Shown here: positions 1 to 12,571 of the stretch, piece by piece
Numbering within the stretch: the stretch's first letter is position 1
Layout of the letters: every line of letters starts with the position of its first letter
From: Octopus sinensis
Lineage: Eukaryota
DNA: 64,000 bases
NCBI RefSeq assembly: GCF_006345805.1
Contig: NW_021831286.1
Coordinates: 423,742 to 487,741 of the forward strand
Reading direction: 5' to 3'
Translations under genes and position numbers: made by a program
The notes under the pieces: model-generated
What the model was told of the DNA's origin: nothing
Seen by the model: only the letters and a program-made list of their open reading frames with translations
Databases searched by the model: none

Positions 1-1030
1 ACCATCCAAAGTATTCAGCTCTCGTATTTTGTGTTTATTGATGAATGTAGCTCTCATCAACCGTTCGTCCAATTCCCAAATATTTGACCGTTCTGACTGT
101 CGGTCTACCAAACTGGATGGTTTCGTGTCCTTAAACAAGTCAACTTCGAGTTTGCCGACGTTTCCTGTCATAAAAACGCAATTTCCGTCCGTAAAACGAA
201 AAATGAATCAACCCAGTCCCCAGGAACCCCCGAAACCACGATTGGAAACAAACAAGATTCAAGTTGATGAAGAAGACTGTCCTACTGAATTGTCGAGTGT
301 TATTGAACTGCAGAATGAATTCAAAAATCAAAGAGAGAAGGGTGGGGTGTACTGTAACACTGTAGATCTAACTGAGGTGATTAGTTCATGCACGTTTGTG
401 GGCACTGTTAATGAGAAATATTCTCTTATTCAGCATAAAGAGTCGTTGGTTATGCTGGAAATGAGGGTTCTCAGTAGAAATCTGTTCTATCAACTTATTT
501 TGGATAATTTTGGGGATTTTGAGTCCTTTAATATTCCAGTTTATTGTGGATTGTACACTCTTTAGAATCCTCCCCTCATTTCCCATTTGACCATCGACGA
601 CGCAGAGGACGTCAGTCAATTGCTGAGTGAAAAGTCCGCAATGTTGCTTGATTATTTTTCTGTGCAAATTGACGAAGGGAAACTGCTAACTTTGCCTGTT
701 CTCATCCCCTCGTACACTCCTCCAATGAAACTGCTGCCCGTGTTTGTGAGGAACATGGCGAGAGAGGTCTTGGATGTGGAATATTAGTAGGTTGATTGGC
801 AGAATGAGAAGCAGTGCTTTTCCTCGATTGCTTCTGTTTTTGCTGATTTTTATGCACTGTCTAATGCTCAAGATTACACGTCTGAGAATTTTGATATTGC
901 ACATTGCGTTGAGTTCTGTCTACTTCCTTATTTGAGAAGGAAATTCGTGCCTGGCGGATCGGAGATAAGGGCTGCCTTTACCATGTTGACTCAGCTCTCT
1001 GATCTGTACAAGCAATTTGAACGCTGTTGA
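1..1030 (+). CDS. MLH1: DNA mismatch repair protein MLH1, C-terminal part (5' end outside window)
   Basis: Spliced translation gives FVGTVNEKYSLIQH, LFYQLILDNF, KSAMLLDYFSVQID, VDWQNEKQCF and terminal LYKQFERC*; micro-introns of 24, 27 and 24 nt. Confidence 0.95.
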
Positions 1031-1089
1031 GTTTTGTTTTGCTGGTTTGTTGTTGTTGAAATTTAAAGTTTTTATGCCTTTTGGTTCAA

Positions 1090-2450
1090 AGTTTGTTAAT
1101 TAATTTGTTTTTATTATTATTAGCACTTTCACGAGAGCCATAATGTTTATATGTGCAGCAAAATATATCAGAGAACTAATTAAATTGCTCCAAGTTCTCC
1201 TGTTCCTAGGTAGGTTCCTCAGAGAGTCACCAAATGCCAATGTTTTCTTCACGGTTTTCAGATTATTTTGTAAAACGATCGGCAAGGTAGTTCTCAATCT
1301 TCCACGAAAGCGTCTTACATTAGAGGAGGGGTAGTAATATTCCATTGGGATGTTTTGGGGGGATATCGGGTCTAACCTCACGAGGTATCCAAAAAGTCTC
1401 CAACAATAGCTAATGATCTCGCGACTTATTGGCGTAGAGTCACACTTATTGTACAGTTCGCTCCGCGTGATGCCTCTGTCTGTTTTACATTTTCCTGAGT
1501 AGGTTTTTCCAACTCTCAAAAGGAGATAGAAAGATTTCGCCCACTGTTAGACTCGATTCGTAATAAATTATTCTAGCACTTCATCCATTTGTTCATGTTA
1601 ACCAAGTCACGGGCTTTTGATATATCCATTTCCAGAATGTGGCTCACATTACAATATCTTTGATGTGTTGCACATCTCCATCTGTGACTCCATACTCTAT
1701 CAACTGTTAATATTTCTTCTCTTAACCCGCTTAGGTATTCATAGGCTGGTCCTTTTATTAGTTTCAATATACAATGTTAGCTAAGACTTTCCGTGGAGAA
1801 TTTGATAATATAATTTGTCGTAAGTTTTTAATCGGTCCTTCGGGTTTATTGGGTTTTGGTATAGGTATTAGTAATCCCGTTTTCAGGGGTAAAGTTGAGT
1901 TAGTTAAAAACATTTCATTTAGCAGTGTAGCGATTTTTTCGAAAAAGAGTCGGCCATATTTTAATAATTCTGGGTTTATCGTATTTTGTCTATTGCTTTT
2001 GTTATTTTGTAGTTTTTACATGCTGTTTTGACTTCCAAAATTGTAATTGGTTCTTTCAGGGGTCTAGGCTTTCCATTGAATGGGGGATTGCTGTAGTCAC
2101 ATTAAAAAATTTTAAAAATATGTTGCAAGTACCTCCTAATGATTATTCGTTCCTTTCGGTTTGCGTGTCGTAGTAAACAAACGGCCATATACATTTGTGA
2201 ATTATATTTTAGTTTGAATACTTCATTGATTTTGCGAAGCAGTTCTTGGTGGAGTGTCTTCAGTCTCCTGATTTTTCAACAAATTTGGTTCCTCTGTACC
2301 TGAAGGGCTTTTTTCCTGTTATAGTCTTTTTAGTTTAGTTTTTTGTATGATTTTTTTAATCCGATGCTAATTCTGTATGTATCGTATGTACTAGGTACTG
2401 GCTTGCTGCTTTGTTTATTATGTAATTTGTGCAATCCCATGAAATTGGTG
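1090..2450 (-). mobile_element. Decayed non-LTR retrotransposon (RTE-like RT), internally deleted
   Basis: Fragments GLLIPIPKPNKPEGPIKNLR, MDISKARD (DxSKAFD), CWRLFGYLVRL and FRGRLRTTLP across many stops. Confidence 0.7.
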
Positions 2451-2467
2451 TTTTGGCACCATTTAAG

Positions 2468-4690
2468 TTTTATTTATTTATTAACTCCAAGATCACCGAG
2501 AAAGATAGGTCAGAACTAACTAATTAGGTGATCCCTGCCTCCAACAACAGCCGTACTCTCCTTGCATGATCTTCTGATGACCCGACCGTAATCCGGAAAC
2601 GCCTTCTCTTCCTTCTGCAGAGGAACTCAATTGGAGTGCATTTCTTTATAACCGACCGAAATTCCTCTGCATGGGCCACCTTTTCCTTGAGTGGGTTACC
2701 CAGTTCCTTGCAGAAACGTAGGAAACCCTGTCCATTCTTCTGCGTCGCCTCCTCGGAAGCAAGGCTGCCAACTGAGGTGTCAGTGTGGAGCATAATCTTC
2801 CTTCTGAGTGAGTTCAAACGTTCCGCTTTCGAACAAGCAATTGCAAACCTCCAGGCTGTGCAGGCATACTCAACCGTCGGGGCAATCACTTGTTGGTATA
2901 CCTTGCTGACACAATCTTCCAGGGGGAAGGGACTCTTCTTTAACAGAGTTCCACTTCCGAAGACCTTTTGCTAGGGCCTCCTCCACGTGACTTGAGAACG
3001 TCATTTAGGAGTCGAAAACTACGCCAAGGATCTTCTGAGTACGCGAAGAGGGAATAGGTTTGTCTCCAATGAATAGTTCCAGTTCATTCTTGAATCTTCT
3101 ATCAGTAGTAAAAAGGGTGAATTGGGATTTAGATGCAGACACACACAACATGTTAGCAGATAGCCAATCACATACACGGTTGAGGTGTGACTGGACCATT
3201 GCGACAGCCACAGAAGGAGATTTATCTCTTGCAGCGATAATCAGGTCGTCCGCATGAGATAAGAACATAATGTCCGGGTCATTAGTAGTGGGTAGGTCAT
3301 GTAGAAATAGGTTAAAAAGGAGGGGAGATAAAGGGGAGCCTTGTGGGACACCATTAGGCAGTAGTCTTGATCTTGAAGTAGTATTGTCAATACGGACCCT
3401 TCCGCGTCGGCCAGTTAAGAAATTTTCCAACCACAGTTTTATGTTCGGATGTAAGTTCGAATCAAATATCTTCCGCGTTAGAAGTTTCCTCGGGACAGAA
3501 TCAAAAGCCTTTTGTATATCAATGGCCGTCCGTAGGTGTGTTCCCATGTTGAAACCGTCAGTAATAAACTGGGAGACAGAACACAAGTGGGTCGTTGTGG
3601 AACGGTCTGGTCTAAAACCGTGCTGGAATTCTGGCAGTTGTAGAACAGGAGAGATTCGCGTTAATACGAGCTTTTCCAGTACTTTCGATAAGATACAAGT
3701 TATTGAGATTGGGCGGTATGAAGAGGGGGCATCCTTTGGTTTCCCAGGCTTTAGAATAGGCGTAATTAGGGAGTTTTTCCATATATTAGGAATCGTACGT
3801 AAGTTGATGGAGTCGTTATATAGTCTTGATAGTACGGTCTGTGCCCGGGGTCCCAGGTGTTTGAGGTGAACAGCACAGATCCCGTCGGGGCCACAAGCAC
3901 GGGTGGGACGTAGGGATTTAATAGCCTTGTCAACATCATCCGGTGTGAAGAAGGTGGAATACGGTTCTGGTCGTGGTCCGAGCCGTTCAGTATGTGGAGT
4001 GCGAGAGAAGTTTTTATGGCTGATCGATACATAGTACTTCATAATCTTGTTTGCAAGTTTGCGAGCGGGTTCCGAGGAATTGTGGGCAACGGCCTCAGTT
4101 CCTCCGTCCTCCTCGCCGATAAGGCAATTGATCCTTCTTAGCGTTTTCCAGAAGGTGGCGCAGGAATTTCTGTGACATAATCGTCCAACGAGACGACTCC
4201 ACTTGAGTCCGTTATTAGTCCGGATCAGTTCAGAAATTTTGATATTCAACGAACGTATAGTATGATATGAGTCATTGGACTTGTTTTTCTTCAGGGCATC
4301 CCGTTCTTTGATAAGTGATAGGATTTGTGATGATAATCTTGGATTGAACTTCTTGTATGAAGCGACGGGTATAAATAATTTATCAGCTTGCAAAATGATA
4401 GTAGACAGGATCTTGGCCGTCCTTTCCACCGTGCAATTTTCCATAGAGAGATCGAGCAGGCAGTCGTCCACATACAGCCCGAAACCATGCCAGTTAGCCT
4501 TCGAGTAATTTTTGAACTTCGTGGGGCGGCGCGTTGGACAGAAAGGCCTTCTAAGTGTCAGTACAATGGGGTTATGGTCGCTCGAGAAGCCATAACGAAC
4601 ATTCCACGAGATATATCCAGCCAAGGATGGAGTGCAGAGAAACAGGTCCGGGGATGTTGGGCTGTCTCTTCTACGGGCTGTCTCTTCTAA
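2468..4690 (-). mobile_element. 5'-truncated APE-type LINE with RT ORF (3005-4624) and (TAAA)n tail
   Basis: SDHNPI (APE end), YRPISITCILSK, DIQKAFD, GVPQGSPLSP, HADD; one stop and a frameshift before C-terminal EAGIT*. Confidence 0.9.
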
Positions 4691-4861
4691 GTTTTATTTA
4701 CAGACAAATAAACTACTTTAAAAAGTTTATTGATTGGGGCAAATAACCATCAGGAACAAAAATATTATTTCGAAACATTTTTTCATTTATCATTAATTTA
4801 TAATTTTTTTTTTGTTTTTTTTTTAATTTGTTTATAAAATTTAAATCCAGGAAATATTGTA

Positions 4862-5597
4862 TTCTGATCATTTTATCATACGCTGACGATATCGTAATTG
4901 CTACCTGGAGCCGTGAGGTGAACACGGCGAGTACAAAACTGCAGAACCACCTTAACAATCTCGAAAGTTGGCTCTCGCTAAACCGACTATCAACGAGTTC
5001 GGAAAAATCGGTTACCACGCTTATGACCTCAGCAAGGAAGCTTGGGAAAACGGTGGTGGACCTGTACCTAAATAACATGGAAATCCCGTTTCAAAAATCT
5101 CAGAAAATCCTCGGGGTGACTTACGACAGTCATATGTGTTTCTCTCAACAAGTCGATAATATTACTACGAGGTGCATGAAGAAACTGAACATCTTGAAAG
5201 TGTTTCTTCGTAAATGCAGACAGTGTATCAGCTTCCCCGCACGACAAGCCTTATACCGGCAATTCATCGAACCCTCCCTTAGCTATGCTTGTGAGGCGTG
5301 GGGAGGGTTTATCAGTGGAACGAACCGCGCTAAAATCGAGAAAACTCAAGATCGCTTCCGAAAAGCACTGCAGGGACCGAACGAATATCTACTCATCGCC
5401 CCATTTAATGAAATCTTGAGAAGAAACCTCGGGGTTACAGGGCCAAAAACGCCACCACCGCGCCCTCACAGAAATTGTGCCGGGACAAGGGAGGAGCACC
5501 GGGCAAAGTTGAGGACCCTCCTCAGAGAAGCCGGGATCACCTGATTAATTAGTTTTATGTTTTGGACGGTGATCTTGGTTCTAATAATAATAATAAT
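4862..5597 (+). mobile_element. 3' fragment of a related LINE with (TAA)n tail
   Basis: YADD, KILGVTYD, FIEPSLSYACEAW, ends EAGIT*. Confidence 0.85.
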
Positions 5598-5836
5598 TGT
5601 AGTCTGATTATTCAGATTCTATTTAAAGAGTTCGGTTTTTCTTACTTTTAATACTACTTAGATTCACTACTTCGATTGTCAAAACTATATTTGATAAACC
5701 CACAAATCTATCAAAAATTTCAAAAATAATAGTCTTTCTAGTATAAAGCCAGTGAGTATAAAAAATAGTCAATTCCACAAAAGTCTTGACAGAAATCAAA
5801 TCCAAAAAACATTAAAAAAATTAATCCAAGTAAAAA

Positions 5837-6491
5837 CTAAATAATCTCGACGACAACAGTGTTAGCAATCGAGTCATGCAAGCCTCTGAATGAAGAATTA
5901 AAAACCACACTCACGAACGTAAAAACAGACATCAAATGCTTAAAAAAACCTCTTAGCAAAAGAACTCCAATTCTGAGCTTAGCCTTCTCAAAATCATCGA
6001 GAACATAAACGTCCATTTCATTTATTTTGAACATAAATAGGGAATCGCATGGGACCACAGAGAGATTGAATATCTTCTTACCAAGTGCCCCGCAATCAAA
6101 GGGGCCATGTTTGAAACACGGAGACAACAAGATTAGCACCTCAACTAGACAACGGGAAAAAGAAGAAAACATCCATATTAACAGATAATCCTGAATTATA
6201 AAACTATATTTATATAAGGAAAACAACTCGGGGAAATCAAATGAGATATAAATCGAAAAATATAAAGCCATATAAGAAAACAACGAGTCGATCACTTCAG
6301 CACATAATCTTTTCCATAGTGTAGGAATTTTAATTATGTCTAAGTGTAAATAGCTAATTTGGCCAACACATATCATGTCGTGGAACATTCTCTTTTCTAG
6401 AGAAGTAAAAAATATAATTTTGGTACATTTTATTGGAAAGTTCGTAGTTGGTGTACCAGTGCTCAAATTCTTTGGCAAAAATATTTGTCAT
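5837..6491 (-). CDS. FAM8A1: FAM8A1-like RDD-family membrane protein
   Basis: MTNIFAKEFEHWY...IPTLWKRLCAEVID...LGKKIFNLSVV...RGLHDSIANTVVV; 30- and 28-nt introns restore the N-terminus. Confidence 0.75.
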
Positions 6492-7679
6492 TAATATAAC
6501 AAAAATAGACCACGTAATTACTGTTTATTAATCAATTATTAAACAAAATTATAATTTATCTCACCACTTAAAAATAATAAGTTTGTCTGGTTTTTACTAC
6601 AACAAATATAGAAAGAATTTCAAAACGTGTCGCACAAACGGGACCTTTGTTAATTTACATTCTTTGGTTTTGTGAACGTTCTTTTAATAATATTTTAATT
6701 AAACCAATAATGGAAATGTCACTTATTCACTTTTGCAAGAAGAATGACCCAAAGTTGTTTTCCACATATATATGACTATAGACAAGATTATCTACCAGTC
6801 AATAAAAAGCATAACAAAAAAATGAATCTTAATATTGTGTTCAAATGTTAAATAGAATATTACATAGTTTTTGGCAAAAAAACTTTTTAGCAATTTAAAG
6901 AATGGAAAGATCCAAAAGATATAAGCATGTGAGGTGATTTGTTTATATGAAATGGATACAAGTCCTTTTCCAAGTTTTCATCTACAAGTTATTAATTTCA
7001 GAACTTCATCCTCCAGAATACAATTATTTTTGTTTCCAAAAACTTCCAGATATTTTTACCCGTCTTTGAGTTGTGTGCCAAAGTCGGACACGGCAGACTT
7101 TCTTACAATGCTATCAAGCCCAGCCATTCAAAGAAAGAATCGACTTTTCTTATCATACTGTGACCATCCACCTCGAGGTATTTGAACAAATCTAGGCTCT
7201 ACAGCATTTATGTAGTTCACGTTACAGACGCTCTACATGCCAATCCTATCTTACTTTTCTCCAGTTTTGTATACCTCTGTAGACATTCCGGGAAATTATA
7301 ATCAAAGTCGACACATATCCTGCAGATTTATCTTGCATACTAGTTATGGTATATATAAAATCTGCATCAGAGATCTGAGGAGGTTTTTCAACCGAATTGT
7401 CGAACAATGATTTTTAGTTTTTTAATACCCTATTGAAAAATCATTATGAAAGCTCTTCACAAGTTCGATATTTTTTATATGTTCTTAAAAAATAATACAA
7501 ACTCAGAACGCTTAATGTTGTATTAATATTTTAGAGCAATCTAACTTAAAGATAATATCGCCAGTGAAATGATTTTTATCGAAGTTAGTCTACTTTTTTT
7601 CATAAACAATAATTGACACCATCTTCAACCAATTTTTTTATACTAGAAATTCAAAAAAACCAAATGTCAATCTTCACCA

Positions 7680-8070
7680 GTGATAGATTGTTTTGCCTCA
7701 AAGGATGGCCATTCTATGGAATAGCCTGCTCCTTTCGCCGCTGTCAAAGGTTTTGGAGGGGATTCGTGCGCAAATCTCCGAAAATGAAGCACATGCACAC
7801 TCATCAATGACAGCAGTGGTTTCAATGGTAAGGGGTTAAAAGAAAAATATTTCGGAGGAGAGCATATTTTTTGATCTTTGAATTCTTGACCCTAAAAGAG
7901 GCGGAACTCAAATGTCGCCGCCGAGTGGGGCGTGTAGGTGTCTGAGAAGGTTGTGATTTATACATGCCACTTTCCACACAGGCGCGTAGTGAGGATTTGA
8001 AGGTCTGCCGATTTAGCCTTGAAAGCAGAGGCCACACCCTTGTCGGGAATCGGCAATACTCAAATTAATT
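7680..8070 (-). mobile_element. Decayed CRE-like retrotransposon 3' fragment
   Basis: PLTIETTAV...SGERSRLFHRMAI, resembling the CRE RLE tail. Confidence 0.6.
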
Positions 8071-9019
8071 AATTCCTCTATTATCTGGGATTAACTATAA
8101 TCATTGTTTACAAATGTTTTTTGAAACGGAAATTTTAAGTATAAATTAATCTCGATTCGTCGCCAATTCCTTTTATTCGCCATCTTTATAACTCACATTT
8201 TTGTTGAAAAAAATGACATTTTTACTGAGAAAATTCCATCGCTCCCCAAATTCGTTTACTTTTCACGTTTCAATAATAAAAAATTAAAATTTATTATTAA
8301 AAAATATACTGCTGGTGGGTTTAAAAAATCGAAGACTTTAAACAAATTATCTCTTCAAAAATGAATATGATCCTGAAATGTTTACGAAAAAGCGCATTTT
8401 ACGGTGAAGGAAATATTGAATGCTATACAAATTAACGCTGAAAGATGGAGTCTTATTTTTTATCCTGCCTGGGGAAAAGTGTCAGTAGATACAATATTAA
8501 TGTTTTCAGCACGCCGTATGGGAAAAAAGCATTTAGTAACCTACTAAGGGAGACCATAAAAGAATTTCGAAGAAATTATAGATAGATTAATGCTATCAAA
8601 TCCCATAAAAGAAGAGTTTATAGACTGTACGTACTCCGAAAATGACTTCATGACTTTCTTTAAAACAGTAAGGATAAAAATGACTATTTACAAAGCACAT
8701 TTACTGAAGATTGTGAGAGAAACAAATTTATTATACATCGAGATGCGATAGAAAGTGTTTTGGACCTCAAAAATATTTTTCAAATAACGACAATTTTGAT
8801 GTGAATATGTTATGCTTGATAGTTTAATAAAAATGCTGATAATATGGAGAAACGATCTGCAAAAAACTTTAAATGATAACTTTACTTAAAATTTTGGTTT
8901 TTGAATAGTTGCATCATATATTTATTTAAATGTTCATGGGAAATTAAACGAATTGTTAAAAATTTCTAACGGTTTTGAAGGCAAGGAGGAAACTCAAAAG
9001 AGTCCGGAATATTCTTTTT

Positions 9020-10020
9020 AACTCTTCGGCCTTAGAATTTGGGGAACACGTGTTGCTGCAAGTCTTGGATAGACTTGACAAAAGAGTCGACGCAGGTGGC
9101 TTCCCAAACTAGGGACTTGCCCTCCATGAAAGGAAAGGCCGTCATTCCGTCGGGGTGCTTGCCGTCGCTTCAAAAAAGCCGACTAAATCCTTGTGGAAGG
9201 AAAACCAGCCGACTCTAGAGGCCTCCTGACAACGTCATTGAGTTGGAGAATTCTACCGGCACTCTTCTTACACGAAAAGTCGTGCAAACTGTTCGACGAA
9301 ATTGTAGACCCGCACTGGCAAAGTTGAGACTGGTAAATGTCCATGCCCAAGCGTAAACAGATACCGATCCGTAAGGATTCATCTTCTAGTAGTAATCCCA
9401 TGCTGATGATAGAGAGTGGTTTGAGCTAGTCTCCATTATGCGGATGACAAGCGCAGCTTAGTGAGACCAGCTGGAGTTGATCCCATTTTGAACAAAGTTT
9501 GCGTCATTTAAGCAAAATATTTCGTCCCAACCCCTTTGGACTTAAGGAATCGTGGGAAAACTAAGGCCAAATGAGCACCAAGCACGGCAGGCAGAGGAGT
9601 ATTTTGAGCGCTTGATAAATTCAAGAGAGGGAAGTAGAACTAAGCAAACAAAATTCCTGGAAGGTAGCAGGGTAGGGCCAGGTCCACACAAGAGCGTATC
9701 TCGATCCCTTTCGAAACGTGTGGGTAGGCTGGCAAGGATAAAACCGTCTCCAATGAGCTTCGAAATAAAATGAAGAAAGATTTGTGGACGAGATTGTCGA
9801 TATTGGATAATGAATCAGTGGCAACGAAACACGGGGAAGACCGGAGAATGTAAATCAGTCTGAGAACGAAAAGCAAGTATTTCAATAGGAAAAACGCTAG
9901 ATGTGAGCCAAGCCCACGAATCCGTTTAGTAAGCAGTTTAATTTCGTCCCATTTAAACAATATGGCTTTCACTATGCCATCGAAGGAAATTAGAGTGCCC
10001 AAGATAACTTGATTGCTCGT
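9020..10020 (-). mobile_element. Decayed CRE-like retrotransposon (post-RT, zinc knuckle, RLE)
   Basis: LRSSPCF, GIEIRSCVDLALPCYL, LRIGICLRLG, CQCG..H..SCKKSAGR, DGKHPDGM. Confidence 0.8.
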
Positions 10021-10398
10021 AAGTTTAAGCCTAAACTCATCGATGAAGCTGCAGAGAGAGGAGAATGTGTGGCAAAGAGTGGCGGGGAAAGAGAAATATT
10101 ACAAGTTCGCATCTTATACAACATAAAGCAAAGTTCCATAAATCGTGAAAAGTTTCGGAACTGTAACCATCAATTGGGAAATTATAGTTTTTTAATATAT
10201 TATATCTATAAGAGTTTACTTGAAAATGTTGGAGTGAAAGATTGAGTAAACATTCAATATTATTACATTTATAAATGTAACTGTCGACTTAACTACTTTT
10301 TGACGAAATTGAAATTATTATTACAACATATTAAATAACAATCATTGCACAACAATTAAAACAAAAAATATAATCAAAAATTTCAAAAAAATAAACTA

Positions 10399-11266
10399 TT
10401 AGAATCTCTTGAATGTAGGTTTATAAATATCAATTAGTTCAGGATAGGGGATATCATCAGACTTGAATTTTTCCTGCACAATATTCAAAGTATCATAAAG
10501 TGACATTAAATCACTTTCATGATAAATTTTAAAATAATCATCAATCTCCTTAACCAATAAGAACGCCAACTAATGATACCCACACGCATTAGACCTTAGG
10601 CAATGATGTTGTGAAAGGAATGAGAAAAGAATTAAATCTTTCATCATCTTTCACGATCAAGTAGACCATGATCTTCTGAATTAGTTCCATCAATTTCGGA
10701 TTCTTCTCACACATTTCTGATAAATATGAATGTACAAAGTCTATTGCTTCCTCAACTCGATCGCCGCTGACAATATCGACCAATTCACGTATCTAACCAA
10801 ACTTAACACCAAATTACCATTAGAGAATATAATAATTCCCTTTTTGCATGCACCACGCTCGGAAAATATTTTACCATATCTAAACGAGCCCCCGAAAAGT
10901 CTGCACTGAGAATTTTCTTTGCGATCAACTCGACGTTTCTCGCCAAGTGGGACTGTTGAGGTACTTTTTTGGGAATGCCAGCTTCCTGTATGAATAGTTT
11001 ATTTGTGTCATATAAGCCAACTAAATTACATGTGGCATATCATGTACTGGAGGTAAAATAATTAAAAATAAGATTGTTTATTTCTTTATCATTGCCGCCT
11101 TTTTTTACATTTGTAATCCATTTATCGTAAATTCTTGAGGAACAGACTCTTTTTATATACTTTTTATGACCTTGATGGGATACGGGATTTCCAAGTCTGG
11201 AATAAATTTAACAGAGTACACAAGTATTCTAGGATCATCTTGAATGGTCTCTCGAAAACGTCTCAT
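10399..11266 (-). CDS. GID8: GID8/TWA1 LisH-CTLH-CRA subunit of the CTLH E3 ligase (start uncertain)
   Basis: DKWITNV..INNLIFNYFTSIGLYDTNKLFIQEAGI, RELVDIVSGDRVEEAIDFV, YPELIDIYK; 27-, 25- and 25-nt introns. Confidence 0.8.
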
Positions 11267-11417
11267 TTTTAGTCGAGTCACCTCAAAAATCAACACTTGA
11301 CATGCATATTATTTATTAACTTTTTTGATTAACCAGCTTAAATATTTTGATTTTTTCAAACTTATATTTAATTAAAAATACTAAAAACATGTCTTCAAAA
11401 AGAGAAAGATTAAAAAA

Positions 11418-12193
11418 TCAAACAAAATTATAATAGCGGAAACTCCCCATGTATTTTTTTGAATCAGATCTCGGAGGGACATGTACAACCGCACTCCGTC
11501 TCTGCCAATGAACAGACTCGGCATTATCAAGTGAATTAGGCCGAGAACGTCCAACAGGGTTACAAAGTTTATGTTTATCAACTCGGTATGCATATATAAG
11601 TAAAATAGTACTAAGAAGAACGAGGAATTCCCCAACAACGACAAGAATGAATGACCAGGAAATGTAATTCCACTGTGAGCCAGGGAGTGCAGTGACTGAG
11701 TTATAATGACTAAAAATAATGATGACACTCAAAAGGGCGAGCACTGCAAAATAAGACAGACCACTCACAGGTCAAAGTCAAGACAGCCCCACTGGCAATG
11801 AGACGACTCGAGGACTTGTTTTTTGAGGGAAGGGCCACAACGAGGGAGAGCAACTGGAGAAGGAGGGACAGAATTTCCATCCATTGCACGACATAGAGCC
11901 AGGCTATTGTTATTATTGACATATGGAACGACAGAAATGCATTGATTAAAATTACTTGGCAAAAGTGATGACAAATTATTAGTTCCTACAGTTGTGGAGT
12001 GACACCCGTCCAACATTTCGGGACTGTTGGTCGGGAAGTATTGGTGGAAACACATCTGCCACAGTCCGAGGCGAAGAAACCCTGTTTTTTGGCCATATTT
12101 GTTCTCAATCCAGAAAGGAGTGAAAGCACCGATTATATTGCAGACAATACTTAGAGCAATAGACAATAATGATAGTTTTCTAATTAAATTCAT
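11418..12193 (-). CDS. Invertebrate claudin/PMP22-family four-TM protein
   Basis: W...LGLWQMC...GC signature, LPTWLYVVQ, four hydrophobic helices; 52- and 25-nt introns. Confidence 0.75.
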
Positions 12194-12571
12194 TGGCCAA
12201 ATAATAAAATGTATTTTAATTTTGCAAATAGGTCAACCAAATAATAATAAATTTTAAGTCGATTTAATGAATTATTATATAATAATCATTAATAAATATT
12301 GATAAAAACAAGTTCTCCACCATAACAATTAGGGTTTACGTCAAAGGTGGCGAACTTTTTTCACCGGCGAGCTACTTTTCATAATGCGTTTTTTTGGAGA
12401 TCAAAATTCTTATTTTATAATTAAAAAGTTAATGGGATTATTGTGATTTTAATTCTCCTGCGATTATTTCAAATTCTGGCTCGTATGAGTTTATTGATAT
12501 TTTCATGCATTTTTTATTTTTTAGAAAATTTTTAACATATGATAATTATCTGAAACGAGTGAGAATTATTC

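Noticed and set aside
6930-7460. LTR retrotransposon gag/protease relic
   Set aside because: Only vague similarity, with no LTRs or catalytic motif
8350-8900. Viral A32-like or AAA ATPase (ILMFSARRMGK)
   Set aside because: Multiple stops, no Walker B, and an equally plausible other frame
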